A model generated the notes under the pieces. The model did no database searches. It saw nothing but the letters and a program-made list of their open reading frames with translations, and was not told the origin of the DNA. Below, one piece after another: positions 34,574 to 43,183 of a stretch of DNA of 47,497 nucleotides. Each line of letters opens with the position of its first letter. The stretch's first letter is position 1. The DNA is from Candidatus Eiseniibacteriota bacterium (GTDB lineage: Bacteria > Eisenbacteria > RBG-16-71-46), in assembly GCA_043720995.1 (NCBI GenBank), contig JAYSRO010000445.1, forward strand, positions 1 to 47,497, read 5' to 3'. The position numbers were made by a program, and so were the translations under genes.

Positions 34574-35536
34574 TCAGGGGTCGAGGCGTTGCATGTAGAA
34601 CGAGCCCGGCAGCCGGTCGGGCGTCAGGTGGGGGGCTACGTGCTGGAGCTCCGCGCGATGGTTCCGGGTCAGCCACGCGAGTGCTCCGAGGATCTTCCAG
34701 TGGGCGTTGTGCGAGAGAAACGCTTCGAGCAGGTACTGCTCGTTCCAGAAGCGGACCTCGTCGACGATCCATTCGCGCGGATAGTCGGCGGGCGAGAAGA
34801 TGTCGTGGACATGCACGATGACGCCCGGGCGCAGCACCGGCAGCAGCTGCAGGTATTCGAACAGCACGTCACCCTGCGCGCGGATCACGTGGGATGAGTC
34901 GATGAACAGGATGTCATCGACACCCAACTCCCCGAAGAACCCGGTGCCCAGGCTCTCGACCTTCTGGCGTACGACCTCCACGCCGCTCTCTTCAAGCCAC
35001 GGCATTTCGTACGGTTCGACGCACACATGCCGGCAGGTGTAACCGGGGTCATCCATTTGGTTGCGCTTGATGGCACGAATGGCCAACCGCGTCGAGTGGC
35101 CGCTGCCGATCTCGAAGATGCGCCGCGGCTTCTTCCAACGGATGAGCTGGTACCAGTACTCGGCATCGCCGGACTCGAAGTTCGAGTTACCCAGCCGGAA
35201 GCCGCCGTCGCCCGGATCGGGGCCTGCGAGATCGGCGAGTTCTGCCCCAAACGTCAGCGCGCGCAGCACCTCGGTCTGCCCCTGCTCATTCCAATCGATG
35301 CCGGGGAGCGGGCGCACGCCGCGCCCCACCTCAGGAACATCGCGGAAATCGAACTGCGGCTCGTAGTAGTGGTTGCGGACAGGAAACACCCCTGCCTGGA
35401 ACAGCGCGCTTCGCGACAGTGGCAGGCGATGGACCCCCACGCGCCGGACAAGCCCCAGCAACAGCGCGGCAATCAGGGTGAATGGCGATAGCACGAGGTC
35501 CACCACCGGCAAAATGCGAAGCAACACTCGCTTCAC
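34574..35536 (-). CDS. Class I SAM-dependent methyltransferase (Methyltransf_24-like, often polysaccharide-associated)
   Basis: HYYEP, RIFEIGSGHST, ILFIDSSHV, GVIVHVHDIF, WNEQYLLEAFL; GTG start at 35536 after a GAAGGGAG RBS. Confidence 0.88.
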   Translation of the reverse strand: MKRVLLRILPVVDLVLSPFTLIAALLLGLVRRVGVHRLPLSRSALFQAGVFPVRNHYYEPQFDFRDVPEVGRGVRPLPGIDWNEQGQTEVLRALTFGAELADLAGPDPGDGGFRLGNSNFESGDAEYWYQLIRWKKPRRIFEIGSGHSTRLAIRAIKRNQMDDPGYTCRHVCVEPYEMPWLEESGVEVVRQKVESLGTGFFGELGVDDILFIDSSHVIRAQGDVLFEYLQLLPVLRPGVIVHVHDIFSPADYPREWIVDEVRFWNEQYLLEAFLSHNAHWKILGALAWLTRNHRAELQHVAPHLTPDRLPGSFYMQRLDP

Positions 35537-35820
35537 GCGATCGACTCCCTTCAGGGTCCAAGCTACAGCGTCTCCTCCCTCTTCAAGGGAGGGAGATTTT
35601 TGTACGATTGCAGACTTTGTTCGGCTGCCGTACAATCTAGGCTCGTTGCGTGGGGCTTGACCGTCAGCGCCCGGCGACTGGGCCATCGCGAGATGGTTGA
35701 GTCGCGCGCCTGGCCGCCGCCGCTCTCCGGGACGCGCACTTCATCTCACGTTTCCACTTCCGATCCACGGGATTTCGCAAGGAGACGGCGAAGAAAAATC
35801 CAGAAGGAGGTGGGTACGTC

Positions 35821-36696
35821 ATGAAAGCCACGATCCGGCTGGTGGCGGTTTCAGTTTGCTTCCTCGTGTTGACGGCGGGAATCCGCCCGGCCGCTGCAGC
35901 AAACCTCCTCAGCAACAGCGATTTTGAGACGGCGGCCCTCGCCCCCTGGGCCGGCATTGGCGGCGTGGGCGCGAACGCCACAGTCACGATCCAAGCCACC
36001 GACAATGGCCCGTCGGCCCCGGGAACCCACTACGCATTCGTCGATAACCGCGCCCAGGCGAACGGGCTGACTATGGCCCAGACGACTCCGCTCGGCAGCG
36101 CCACCGCCGGCACGGTGTTCTACTCCTTCGACCTCAAGCTCGTCAGCGCCGCCACGGGTGGAGTGTTCTTCGTGGAGATCTTCGCGCAGAACGCGGTAGG
36201 TGCCGTGATTGGTAACGCGGGCTTGCTCGGCAACTACAGCCCCGCCAATTGGACGAAATACAGCGGCTCCTTCTTAGCTCCCGCCAACACGGATCACTTG
36301 ACGATTCAGTTCGAGGCGAACACGGCAGCGATCGCCGGCACCCGGTCTTCCATGCAGGTGGACAACGTGGATCTCCATCAGCAGGTCCTGGACGTTCCCT
36401 CGAATGCGGGGCTGATCGCGAACGGCTTGTCGCTGGCGATCGCACCCAACCCCTTCCGCGCAGGGGGCACCATTGCGCTGTCGAACGCGCGCAGCGGCCG
36501 CTTCGACGTCGATGTGCTGGAGCTCCCGGGGCGTCGCGTGAGCCAGTTGTTCCAGGGCGAGCGCCAGCCCGGCGAGACCGCGCTTCGCTGGGATGGCCGC
36601 GACGCGTCGGGGCGGCAACTCGAGCCCGGCGTCTACTTCGTGCGCGCGCGCGGCCCGGAGGGTGCGGTCACGCGCCGGCTCGCGTTGGTCAGGTGA
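35821..36696 (+). CDS. Secreted protein with carbohydrate-binding-like (galactose-binding jelly-roll) domain and FlgD-Ig/CTD tail
   Basis: AAGGAGG RBS; signal peptide; NLLSNSDFE...W...VDNV typical of CBM4/9-like folds; tail APNPF...WDGRDASG..LEPGVYFVR. Confidence 0.82.
   Translation: MKATIRLVAVSVCFLVLTAGIRPAAAANLLSNSDFETAALAPWAGIGGVGANATVTIQATDNGPSAPGTHYAFVDNRAQANGLTMAQTTPLGSATAGTVFYSFDLKLVSAATGGVFFVEIFAQNAVGAVIGNAGLLGNYSPANWTKYSGSFLAPANTDHLTIQFEANTAAIAGTRSSMQVDNVDLHQQVLDVPSNAGLIANGLSLAIAPNPFRAGGTIALSNARSGRFDVDVLELPGRRVSQLFQGERQPGETALRWDGRDASGRQLEPGVYFVRARGPEGAVTRRLALVR
36543..36675 (+). repeat. 133-bp direct repeat, copy 1 (CTD-coding end of 35821-36696)
   Basis: Colinear with 37212-37344, with scattered substitutions. 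Confidence 0.9.
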
Positions 36697-36859
36697 TGAC
36701 CCGTGTCGAAGTCGGGCTTAGGCGGGCGGCCGCGTAGCCACCGCAGGGCGCCCCCAGCCGCTCAACGGTCGTTGAACGTTCCCCGCATGGCCTCGAGCAC
36801 GGCGATCAGGGCGATCGCGAATACGACGACACCGACGCAAGCGATCAACAAGTCGTGAG

Positions 36860-37036
36860 TCACCGGCGGCTCCTGACCAGGGCACCCAGCGACAAGATGG
36901 AGGGCACCCAGATCCCCACAAACACGCCCGATTCCTTGCTGACGAAGAACCAGAGCACCACCGAGAACAGAAATGAAATCGAAGCAGCGACCAGAAACAG
37001 GATGAGGGATCGATTCGAAGCGCCCGCTTTGTCCAC
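36860..37036 (-). CDS. Small two-TM membrane protein (58 aa)
   Basis: ACAGGAG RBS before GTG 37036; two hydrophobic segments ending GVFVGIWVPSILSLG. Confidence 0.7.
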   Translation of the reverse strand: MDKAGASNRSLILFLVAASISFLFSVVLWFFVSKESGVFVGIWVPSILSLGALVRSRR

Positions 37037-37144
37037 GTTTGCTCCTGTAGGGTTTCGGGAACGTAGTCGCACGACCAACCGGGCCGGCAAATGCGGGCCT
37101 TGCGGACGGTCAGGTTCCACTGACGAGCCCTTTGGATGCCGCAT

Positions 37145-37175
37145 AATTGAATAGGTTTCGAAGAGATATTCAATT
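37145..37175. promoter_or_regulatory. AT-rich palindrome, putative transcription-factor site
   Basis: AATTGAATA-N13-TATTCAATT, a perfect 9-bp inverted repeat in a GC-rich background, about 110 bp upstream of the small membrane gene. Confidence 0.55.
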
Positions 37176-37211
37176 GAGCGCCATGAGGGACCAATCGCCG
37201 CGCTGGGCGCA

Positions 37212-37344
37212 CCAGTTGTTCCAGGGCGAGCGCCAGCCGGGCGAGCTCGCTTCGCGCTGGGATGGCCGTGACGCGTCGAGACGGCAAGTCGAGCCCGGCG
37301 TTTACTTCGCGCGCGCGCGCGGCCCGGCAGGTGCGGTCACGCGC
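37212..37344 (+). pseudogene. Orphan CTD-coding fragment (direct repeat copy 2)
   Basis: QLFQGERQPGELASRWDGRDASRRQVEPGVYFARARGPAGAVTR versus QLFQGERQPGETALRWDGRDASGRQLEPGVYFVRARGPEGAVTR. Confidence 0.85.
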
Positions 37345-37505
37345 AGGCGGAGCCCCCTCCGACTCGCTGAATTTTTATCGGGAAGCGGCACTCCTCGGCC
37401 GATACCTGAGGATAAGGGAGCTGGAACCAATGGCTCTAGTTTCCAACCTCTTTGCGCTGACGCCCAGGCGGCCGCGCCGGCAACACTCCCCCGGAGTCCA
37501 ATTCC

Positions 37506-39221
37506 ATGCGGGCTCCACTCCCCACCGATGAGCGGGAACGCTTGGCCGCTCTGCGCGCCTATCACGTCCTGGATACCGCGCCGGAACAGAGTTTCGACGA
37601 CCTGACTTTGCTGGCTTCCCAGATCTGCGGCACGCCGATCTCCGCGATCAGCCTCGTCGATGAGCAACGGCAATGGTTCAAGTCGATCATCGGGCTTGAC
37701 GTTCGCGAGACCCCTCGCGATCAGGCGTTCTGCGCCCACACGATCCTTGATTCCAGTCAATTGCTCATTGTGCCCGACGCCACGCGCGACCCCCGGTTCT
37801 CCGACAATGCCCTGGTGCTTGGGGAACCGAACATTCGCTTCTACGCTGGAATGCCGCTGGTGACGTTTGCGGGTGAGGCGCTGGGTTCACTATGTGTCAT
37901 CGACCGGACCCCGCGCGTGCTGAGCCCCGGTCAACTTGAAGCCCTCCGCGTGCTCGGCCGTCAGGTCGTTTACCAGTTCGAGCTGCGGCGCGCCCACGAT
38001 GCGCTGCACAGGACGGTCGGACAGCTACGCCAGACCGAGGCCGACCTGCGGAATGAGCAGTACAAGCAATTGGAGCTGAGGGACCAGTTGGTCTCGCACG
38101 TGTCACACGAATTGAGATCCCCGCTCACGGTGATCTACCAGTACGCAACCATTCTTCACGAAGGACTCGCGGGGCCGGTCAACGAAAGGCAGCGCGAGTT
38201 CCTTGACATCACGCTCAAGAACGCCCTGCAACTCCAGCGAATGATTGGCGACCTGATTGATATGACTCGAGCCGGCACCGGCAAGCTGGCGCTGGATCGC
38301 CGCCGTGTCTCGATGCGCGAAATCGTCAGCGAGATTGCGGGTTCGTTGGCCCCAGTCGCAGCGGCCAGTGGTATCGAACTGCGAACGATATTCGACGCTA
38401 CACTTCCAGACGTCTTGGGTGATCCCGGCCGCCTACGGCAAGTGATCGTCAATTTGGTCGACAACGGCATCAAGTTCACACCCACGGGTGGGAGCATTAC
38501 CGTCCGGCTCGCAGTAGACTCGGAGGAACCGGGCGTTGCGAGAGTGACCGTCGAAGACACGGGTAGCGGAATTTCTGTGGAGTGCCGAGAGCACATCTTC
38601 GATCGCCTCTACCAGGTCAACAAGCGCTCCAAAGTGAATCGCAAGGGCTTGGGGCTCGGCCTGTACCTTTGTCGTGAGTTGGTGACTCGCCAGGGCGGCC
38701 GGCTTTGGGTCGAGAGCGAACCCGGACGAGGGAGCCGATTCCATTTCACAGTACCGCTGTTTGATCTCGCCACCCTGCTGGCACCAGTGCTCACGCCGGA
38801 CAATTTTCGGTTTCGCTCGCTCGCACTATTGCGAATTCAGGTCTTGCCGCCCGCCGAAGGGGGCGCCGTAGACACCCACGCGGATCCCATCGGCGCGGCG
38901 TGGAACACCGTCACGGCTTGCACCAATCCCGCCATGGACATCGTCCTACCCCGGCTGGGAGAAGGCGACCAGCCAGAAACGATCATCGTGGTGGCGATGG
39001 CGGACGAGAGCGGCGCGAAGATTTTGGAACAGCGTATCGAGCAGCAACTCGGGGCCTGTGCGGAAGCCAAGGCGAACGGCTACGCTTGGGAGCAGCTCGC
39101 CACGACGCTGCTGGTGCTGCCCGACGAGCGCCTTCAAACAGCCAGCGGCAGCGTCGCCGCCTCAATCGCAGCCATGATCGACCCGCATCTCGACAACACG
39201 TCATGGGCAAAGGCTGCATAA
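37506..39221 (+). CDS. GAF-sensor histidine kinase with C-terminal extension
   Basis: GAF domain similar to 8571-9554; H-box VSHELRSPL; N-box NLVDNGIKF; DTGSGI; GLGLGL; SEPGRGSRFHF. Confidence 0.93.
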   Translation: MRAPLPTDERERLAALRAYHVLDTAPEQSFDDLTLLASQICGTPISAISLVDEQRQWFKSIIGLDVRETPRDQAFCAHTILDSSQLLIVPDATRDPRFSDNALVLGEPNIRFYAGMPLVTFAGEALGSLCVIDRTPRVLSPGQLEALRVLGRQVVYQFELRRAHDALHRTVGQLRQTEADLRNEQYKQLELRDQLVSHVSHELRSPLTVIYQYATILHEGLAGPVNERQREFLDITLKNALQLQRMIGDLIDMTRAGTGKLALDRRRVSMREIVSEIAGSLAPVAAASGIELRTIFDATLPDVLGDPGRLRQVIVNLVDNGIKFTPTGGSITVRLAVDSEEPGVARVTVEDTGSGISVECREHIFDRLYQVNKRSKVNRKGLGLGLYLCRELVTRQGGRLWVESEPGRGSRFHFTVPLFDLATLLAPVLTPDNFRFRSLALLRIQVLPPAEGGAVDTHADPIGAAWNTVTACTNPAMDIVLPRLGEGDQPETIIVVAMADESGAKILEQRIEQQLGACAEAKANGYAWEQLATTLLVLPDERLQTASGSVAASIAAMIDPHLDNTSWAKAA

Positions 39222-39312
39222 CACGAATCCGAGCGACATCTTGCTCGTGGATCAGGCCCACGAATCGCCGCGAGCATTGATCCGTTGACCGCGAAGCAAG
39301 TCGGCCCTGCGC

Positions 39313-41094
39313 TCAGAGCGACGCCCCCTCGTGCTTCAGCAGCAGCCGCCGCAGCAGCACGACGGGGATCGAGCCCTGCGACAGAATCGTCGCGTGGAAC
39401 TTGCCCAGGTTGAACGCCGCCCCCTGCTCGGCGTGCAGGTCATCGCGCAGCTTGCGGAGCTGCAGCGCACCCAGCGTGTAGATGAGGTATGTCGGGTCGA
39501 ACGCGGCGCGATAGGCCTCGCGCTCGGCGTTGACCTTCTCCATGCCCGCGTGATCAACGAAGTACTGCGTCGCCTCATCGAGCACCATGCCCTTGGTGTG
39601 GACACGCAGCGCCACCTGAAAGCGGCAGGCGCGAATCAGCGCCCACTTGAGCATGCCGAATTCCAATTCAGGATCGTGATTCCCGTAGCCCTGATCGAGC
39701 ATGCCCTGCTCGACGTAGAGGCCCCAGCCTTCAGAGAACGAACCGCAACCTGCGCTCTTCCGAGCGAGTGAAGTGGCGTTGCGCCCGTAGAGATAGTGCG
39801 CGTAGTGGCCCGGATAGGCTTCGTGGAGCGAAACGGACGAAAGCGGACCGCGGCTGAATCCCTGGAGGTACTGCTCGGTCTTGGTGGAATCCCAATCGGC
39901 TGAGGGCAGCGAGATGTTGTAGTAGCCGCGCCGGCCCTTCGTTTCGAGCGGTCCCGGTGCGTCGAGCGAGGCGAATGAGCGGCTCGCCGCGAATTCAGGG
40001 GTTGGGCGCACGGTACAACGCTCATCGGAGGGCATGGCCAGGAAGCCGGAAGAGATCGAATAACTGCGCGCCTGCTCGAGCAGCGACGTCGCGACCGCGA
40101 GGACCGAGTCCTTCGGCGGATGGTTCACGCGGACCTTCGCCAGCGCATCGGCCACCCTGCCGCCCGGAACGATCATCCCCGCCACAACCTTGCTGCGCGC
40201 TTCGAGGCGACCGAGCTCGCGCAGCCCGATGGCAAGCAGCGTGTCGAGGGGAGTGTCGACCATTTCTTCGTAGTGCAGCTTCCTGCTGTAGCGCTCACTC
40301 CCCAGCACGAAGGTTCCGTCGCTCTGCGCGAGCAACGAGTCCTGCATCCACTTCACGCAATCGCCGGTCGCCGCCTGCGCCGCCTTGAACGCGACGTTGT
40401 ACTGCTGCCAGAGCGCGGGGTTCTTCACCGATGCAAACGCCCGGGGGACGGTGCCCTCGAGGTAGGACATCGTGCCGGGGAAGTCCTCGATCGCGAATTC
40501 AGTGAAGAGCCGTGGCGGGTGTTGCAGGTTCGCGCGGCCTTGAGCCAGGAAGCGCGGTGTCTGTTCGAGCCGCGCGACGAGATGCTTGAGCCGAATCTCC
40601 GGCGGCGCGAACTCCTGCGAGATGAGCTTGTCGAGCGTGCCGCCGACGTTATAAGCGCCCGGATCGTGCTCGAACTGCCGCTCCTCCGTCAGCGAGAACA
40701 GGTCGCTCTCGACTTTTCGCTGGAACAGGTCGTAGTCGAGCCTCGCCCGGGCGCCGAGCCGCATGCGGTCGAGTTTGCCGAGCTCAACCAGCGCCGCGCG
40801 AATCCGCTGGGTCTCCCGCGCAATCGCGGCCGCGGACCAGTCCGGAAGCTTCGCGTCGTGGAGATGCACACCCTGATCGGTCGCTCGCCCTGGGTCGAAG
40901 GCGAACTCCGCGTCGACGTAGCCGCGGACGAACTGTTCGAAGCGATGCTGCGCGGCCGTGGCGGCCGTGGCGGAGCTCACGGACGCCGCGCCCGCGACAC
41001 CGGGTACCATCACGGCGCACAAAGCAGCGAGCGAAAGCGAGAGAACCGCGACGCCCGAATAGGCGGTAATGCGAACGGAACGGCTGGCAATCAT
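39313..41094 (-). CDS. DUF885-family secreted protein (putative metallopeptidase-like)
   Basis: HEAYPGHY, FSEGWGLYVE, RAC R..V..R.H, YTLGALQLRKLR, FH..IL..G. Start uncertain (ATG 41094 after AGGAGG). Confidence 0.9.
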   Translation of the reverse strand: MIASRSVRITAYSGVAVLSLSLAALCAVMVPGVAGAASVSSATAATAAQHRFEQFVRGYVDAEFAFDPGRATDQGVHLHDAKLPDWSAAAIARETQRIRAALVELGKLDRMRLGARARLDYDLFQRKVESDLFSLTEERQFEHDPGAYNVGGTLDKLISQEFAPPEIRLKHLVARLEQTPRFLAQGRANLQHPPRLFTEFAIEDFPGTMSYLEGTVPRAFASVKNPALWQQYNVAFKAAQAATGDCVKWMQDSLLAQSDGTFVLGSERYSRKLHYEEMVDTPLDTLLAIGLRELGRLEARSKVVAGMIVPGGRVADALAKVRVNHPPKDSVLAVATSLLEQARSYSISSGFLAMPSDERCTVRPTPEFAASRSFASLDAPGPLETKGRRGYYNISLPSADWDSTKTEQYLQGFSRGPLSSVSLHEAYPGHYAHYLYGRNATSLARKSAGCGSFSEGWGLYVEQGMLDQGYGNHDPELEFGMLKWALIRACRFQVALRVHTKGMVLDEATQYFVDHAGMEKVNAEREAYRAAFDPTYLIYTLGALQLRKLRDDLHAEQGAAFNLGKFHATILSQGSIPVVLLRRLLLKHEGASL

Positions 41095-41178
41095 CGGGAG
41101 CCTCCTACCGGCAAGGGCGGGTGGACCAGCGTGACGTGATGGGATCGCGCAATCGCACAAGCCCCACGGCGACAATGA

Positions 41179-41955
41179 ATAACGCGGAAACGGCGAAGCG
41201 CAAAGCAGGCGGCCGCAGCCTTCGCGCTCGCCAGCTTCCTGTTGCTTGCCGCAGCTGGCACCGCTTCCGCCGACCTTGGGACCTACATTGGCGAATGGAG
41301 TACGGGGAAGGCGACGTGGGCCGTCACGCTGGGACCGGATGGCTCTGTGTACGCCTCGACTTGCAAGGGCCTGATGAAATACTCAACGGCTGGTGTCCTG
41401 CAGGCGACGATCGGGGACAGCGTTCTCCAGACCCCCCATGGCGTGGCATTCGATGCACAGCAACGCGTCCTCGTCACGGATATCTACGGCAGCACCGTGC
41501 GGCTGTTCACGACGGCCGGCGTTTCACTCGGCTCGTGGCTGATCGGCTCCGGCCCCACAGGCATTGCGATCGATGACCTGAGGGGCGTTTTCTATCTTTC
41601 GCTGGCCGCCGGGAATCGCATCGTCAAATACTCGCTCGACGGTTACTACATGGCGGAGTTCGGCGCCCTGCAGACGCCATTCCAACTCGCACTCACGCCC
41701 GATGGCGGGGTGATCGTTGCGGAAGAAGAAGGCTACGTCGTGAGTGCTTGGACATCGGCCGGAACGTTCGTCGGCTCCCTCGGCAGCCATGGGTCCGGCC
41801 AAGGCCACTTTGGCGACTATCCGCTGGGCATCGCGTGCTCTGCGGACGGCGTGGTCTACGTCGCGGAGCGTAGCGGCCGCATCCAAAAGTTCGCCGCCGG
41901 TGCAACGCCCTCTGTGCGCTTGAGTTGGTCGGAGCTCAAGCTGCGCTACCGGTAG
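41179..41955 (+). CDS. NHL-repeat beta-propeller secreted protein ending in SWSELKLRYR; start codon anomalous
   Basis: PHGVAFD, PTGIAID, GSHGSGQGHF..PLGIA, RIQKF. The in-frame signal peptide ITRKRRSAKQAAAAFALASFLLLAAAGTASA begins at ATA 41179, one base out of frame with ATG 41175. Confidence 0.8.
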   Translation: MTRKRRSAKQAAAAFALASFLLLAAAGTASADLGTYIGEWSTGKATWAVTLGPDGSVYASTCKGLMKYSTAGVLQATIGDSVLQTPHGVAFDAQQRVLVTDIYGSTVRLFTTAGVSLGSWLIGSGPTGIAIDDLRGVFYLSLAAGNRIVKYSLDGYYMAEFGALQTPFQLALTPDGGVIVAEEEGYVVSAWTSAGTFVGSLGSHGSGQGHFGDYPLGIACSADGVVYVAERSGRIQKFAAGATPSVRLSWSELKLRYR

Positions 41956-42147
41956 GGCGAGCGGCCACACTCCGCTCTTGCCCCACGCCCCGCGGGTCTG
42001 CGACATTTTCGCGGTCCGCGCGATGGCGGCGACGACGCGTTTGCCATCGCAAATGTGCCACCGTTCCCCTTAGGATGCGGCGATGCGTGATCCCGGGTCA
42101 TGGGTCAGGGCGTGCTTCATTCAGGGGCTGCCACGGGAACCGTATTC

Positions 42148-43149
42148 ATGATCAAGCTCTTGAAGGTGCTCGGCAGCCTGATTCTGGTGACTGTGGTTGT
42201 GTGCGTTGTCGCATGGCAGCTCGCGCTCAAGAAGGCCACGCAGCGCTATGAAATGAAGTGGGAAGCGCACGACGCCAGCTTCCCGATTCCCTTCCCGCTC
42301 GACTCCGCGGAGCTCGCGGCACTCCGGCTGGAGCGCATCGCCGCGGGTGCTTCCGCGCAGGATCCGCTTGCGGGCGTGGACCTCGCGGCGGCCGCGGAAT
42401 TGCGCGCCGAGCAGCGTGGCCAACACCTCGTCGAGAGCCGGCTCGGCTGCAATTCGTGTCACGCCGCTGATTTTGGGGGTGGAGAAATCATCAACGTTCC
42501 GGTCGTGGGCTACTGGGCTGCGCCCAACCTGACCACCGGCCCGGGCGGTGTGACGAATGGCTTCACCGCGCACGACTGGGATCTCGCGGTGCGCCACGGC
42601 ATCCGCCACACGGGGACGAGCTCGTCGATGCCGGCAGGTGAGTTCACCAATCTGTCCGATCACGAACTCTCCGACGTCGCCGCCTACATTCGCACCCAGC
42701 TCGTGGTGGACCGCCATATCGGCGCGGTGCGCATGGGGCCGGTATTTGCATTCATGATCGCCAGCGACCCGAAGTCACTCCCGGCGTTCACGATCGATCA
42801 CCAGCAGGCGCACGCCACGGAGCCGCCGCCGATGACGGTATCGCTCGAACTTGGGTCCCACCTCGCGCAGACCTGCTCCGGTTGCCACAACGCGAAGTTC
42901 TCGGGCGGCAAGATGGAGGGCGACCCGAACATGCCGATCGCGGCGAACATCACACCCGATGCTACGGGCATCAAGGATTGGACCGAGGACCACTTCATGC
43001 GTGCGATGCGCGAAGGCAAGCGCCCTGATGGCAGCGCGATTGCCGAGGCGATGCCGTGGAAGTCGTACGCCAAAATGACGGATACCGAGCTGAAGGCATT
43101 GTGGATGTTCCTGCACGCGTTACCGCCGATGCCGAAGGGGCAGAAGTAG
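42148..43149 (+). CDS. Membrane-anchored diheme cytochrome c
   Basis: CNSCH and CSGCH motifs; APNLT/AANITP, MP axial motifs; N-terminal TM helix. Start at ATG 42148. Confidence 0.92.
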   Translation: MIKLLKVLGSLILVTVVVCVVAWQLALKKATQRYEMKWEAHDASFPIPFPLDSAELAALRLERIAAGASAQDPLAGVDLAAAAELRAEQRGQHLVESRLGCNSCHAADFGGGEIINVPVVGYWAAPNLTTGPGGVTNGFTAHDWDLAVRHGIRHTGTSSSMPAGEFTNLSDHELSDVAAYIRTQLVVDRHIGAVRMGPVFAFMIASDPKSLPAFTIDHQQAHATEPPPMTVSLELGSHLAQTCSGCHNAKFSGGKMEGDPNMPIAANITPDATGIKDWTEDHFMRAMREGKRPDGSAIAEAMPWKSYAKMTDTELKALWMFLHALPPMPKGQK

Positions 43150-43183
43150 CGATGCCCTCACTGAGCGAGAGACGGCGCCACGC

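Noticed and set aside
37147-37605. 152-aa ORF containing a CTD-like stretch
   Set aside because: No signal peptide or RBS. The similarity is confined to the 133-bp duplicated fragment.
41955-42060. Cluster of GC-rich hairpins after the NHL gene, starting GGGCGAGCGG
   Set aside because: Lacks the TCCGGGA and TTCCTAT blocks of the 42-bp repeat and has no U tract. Such stems arise easily at this GC content.
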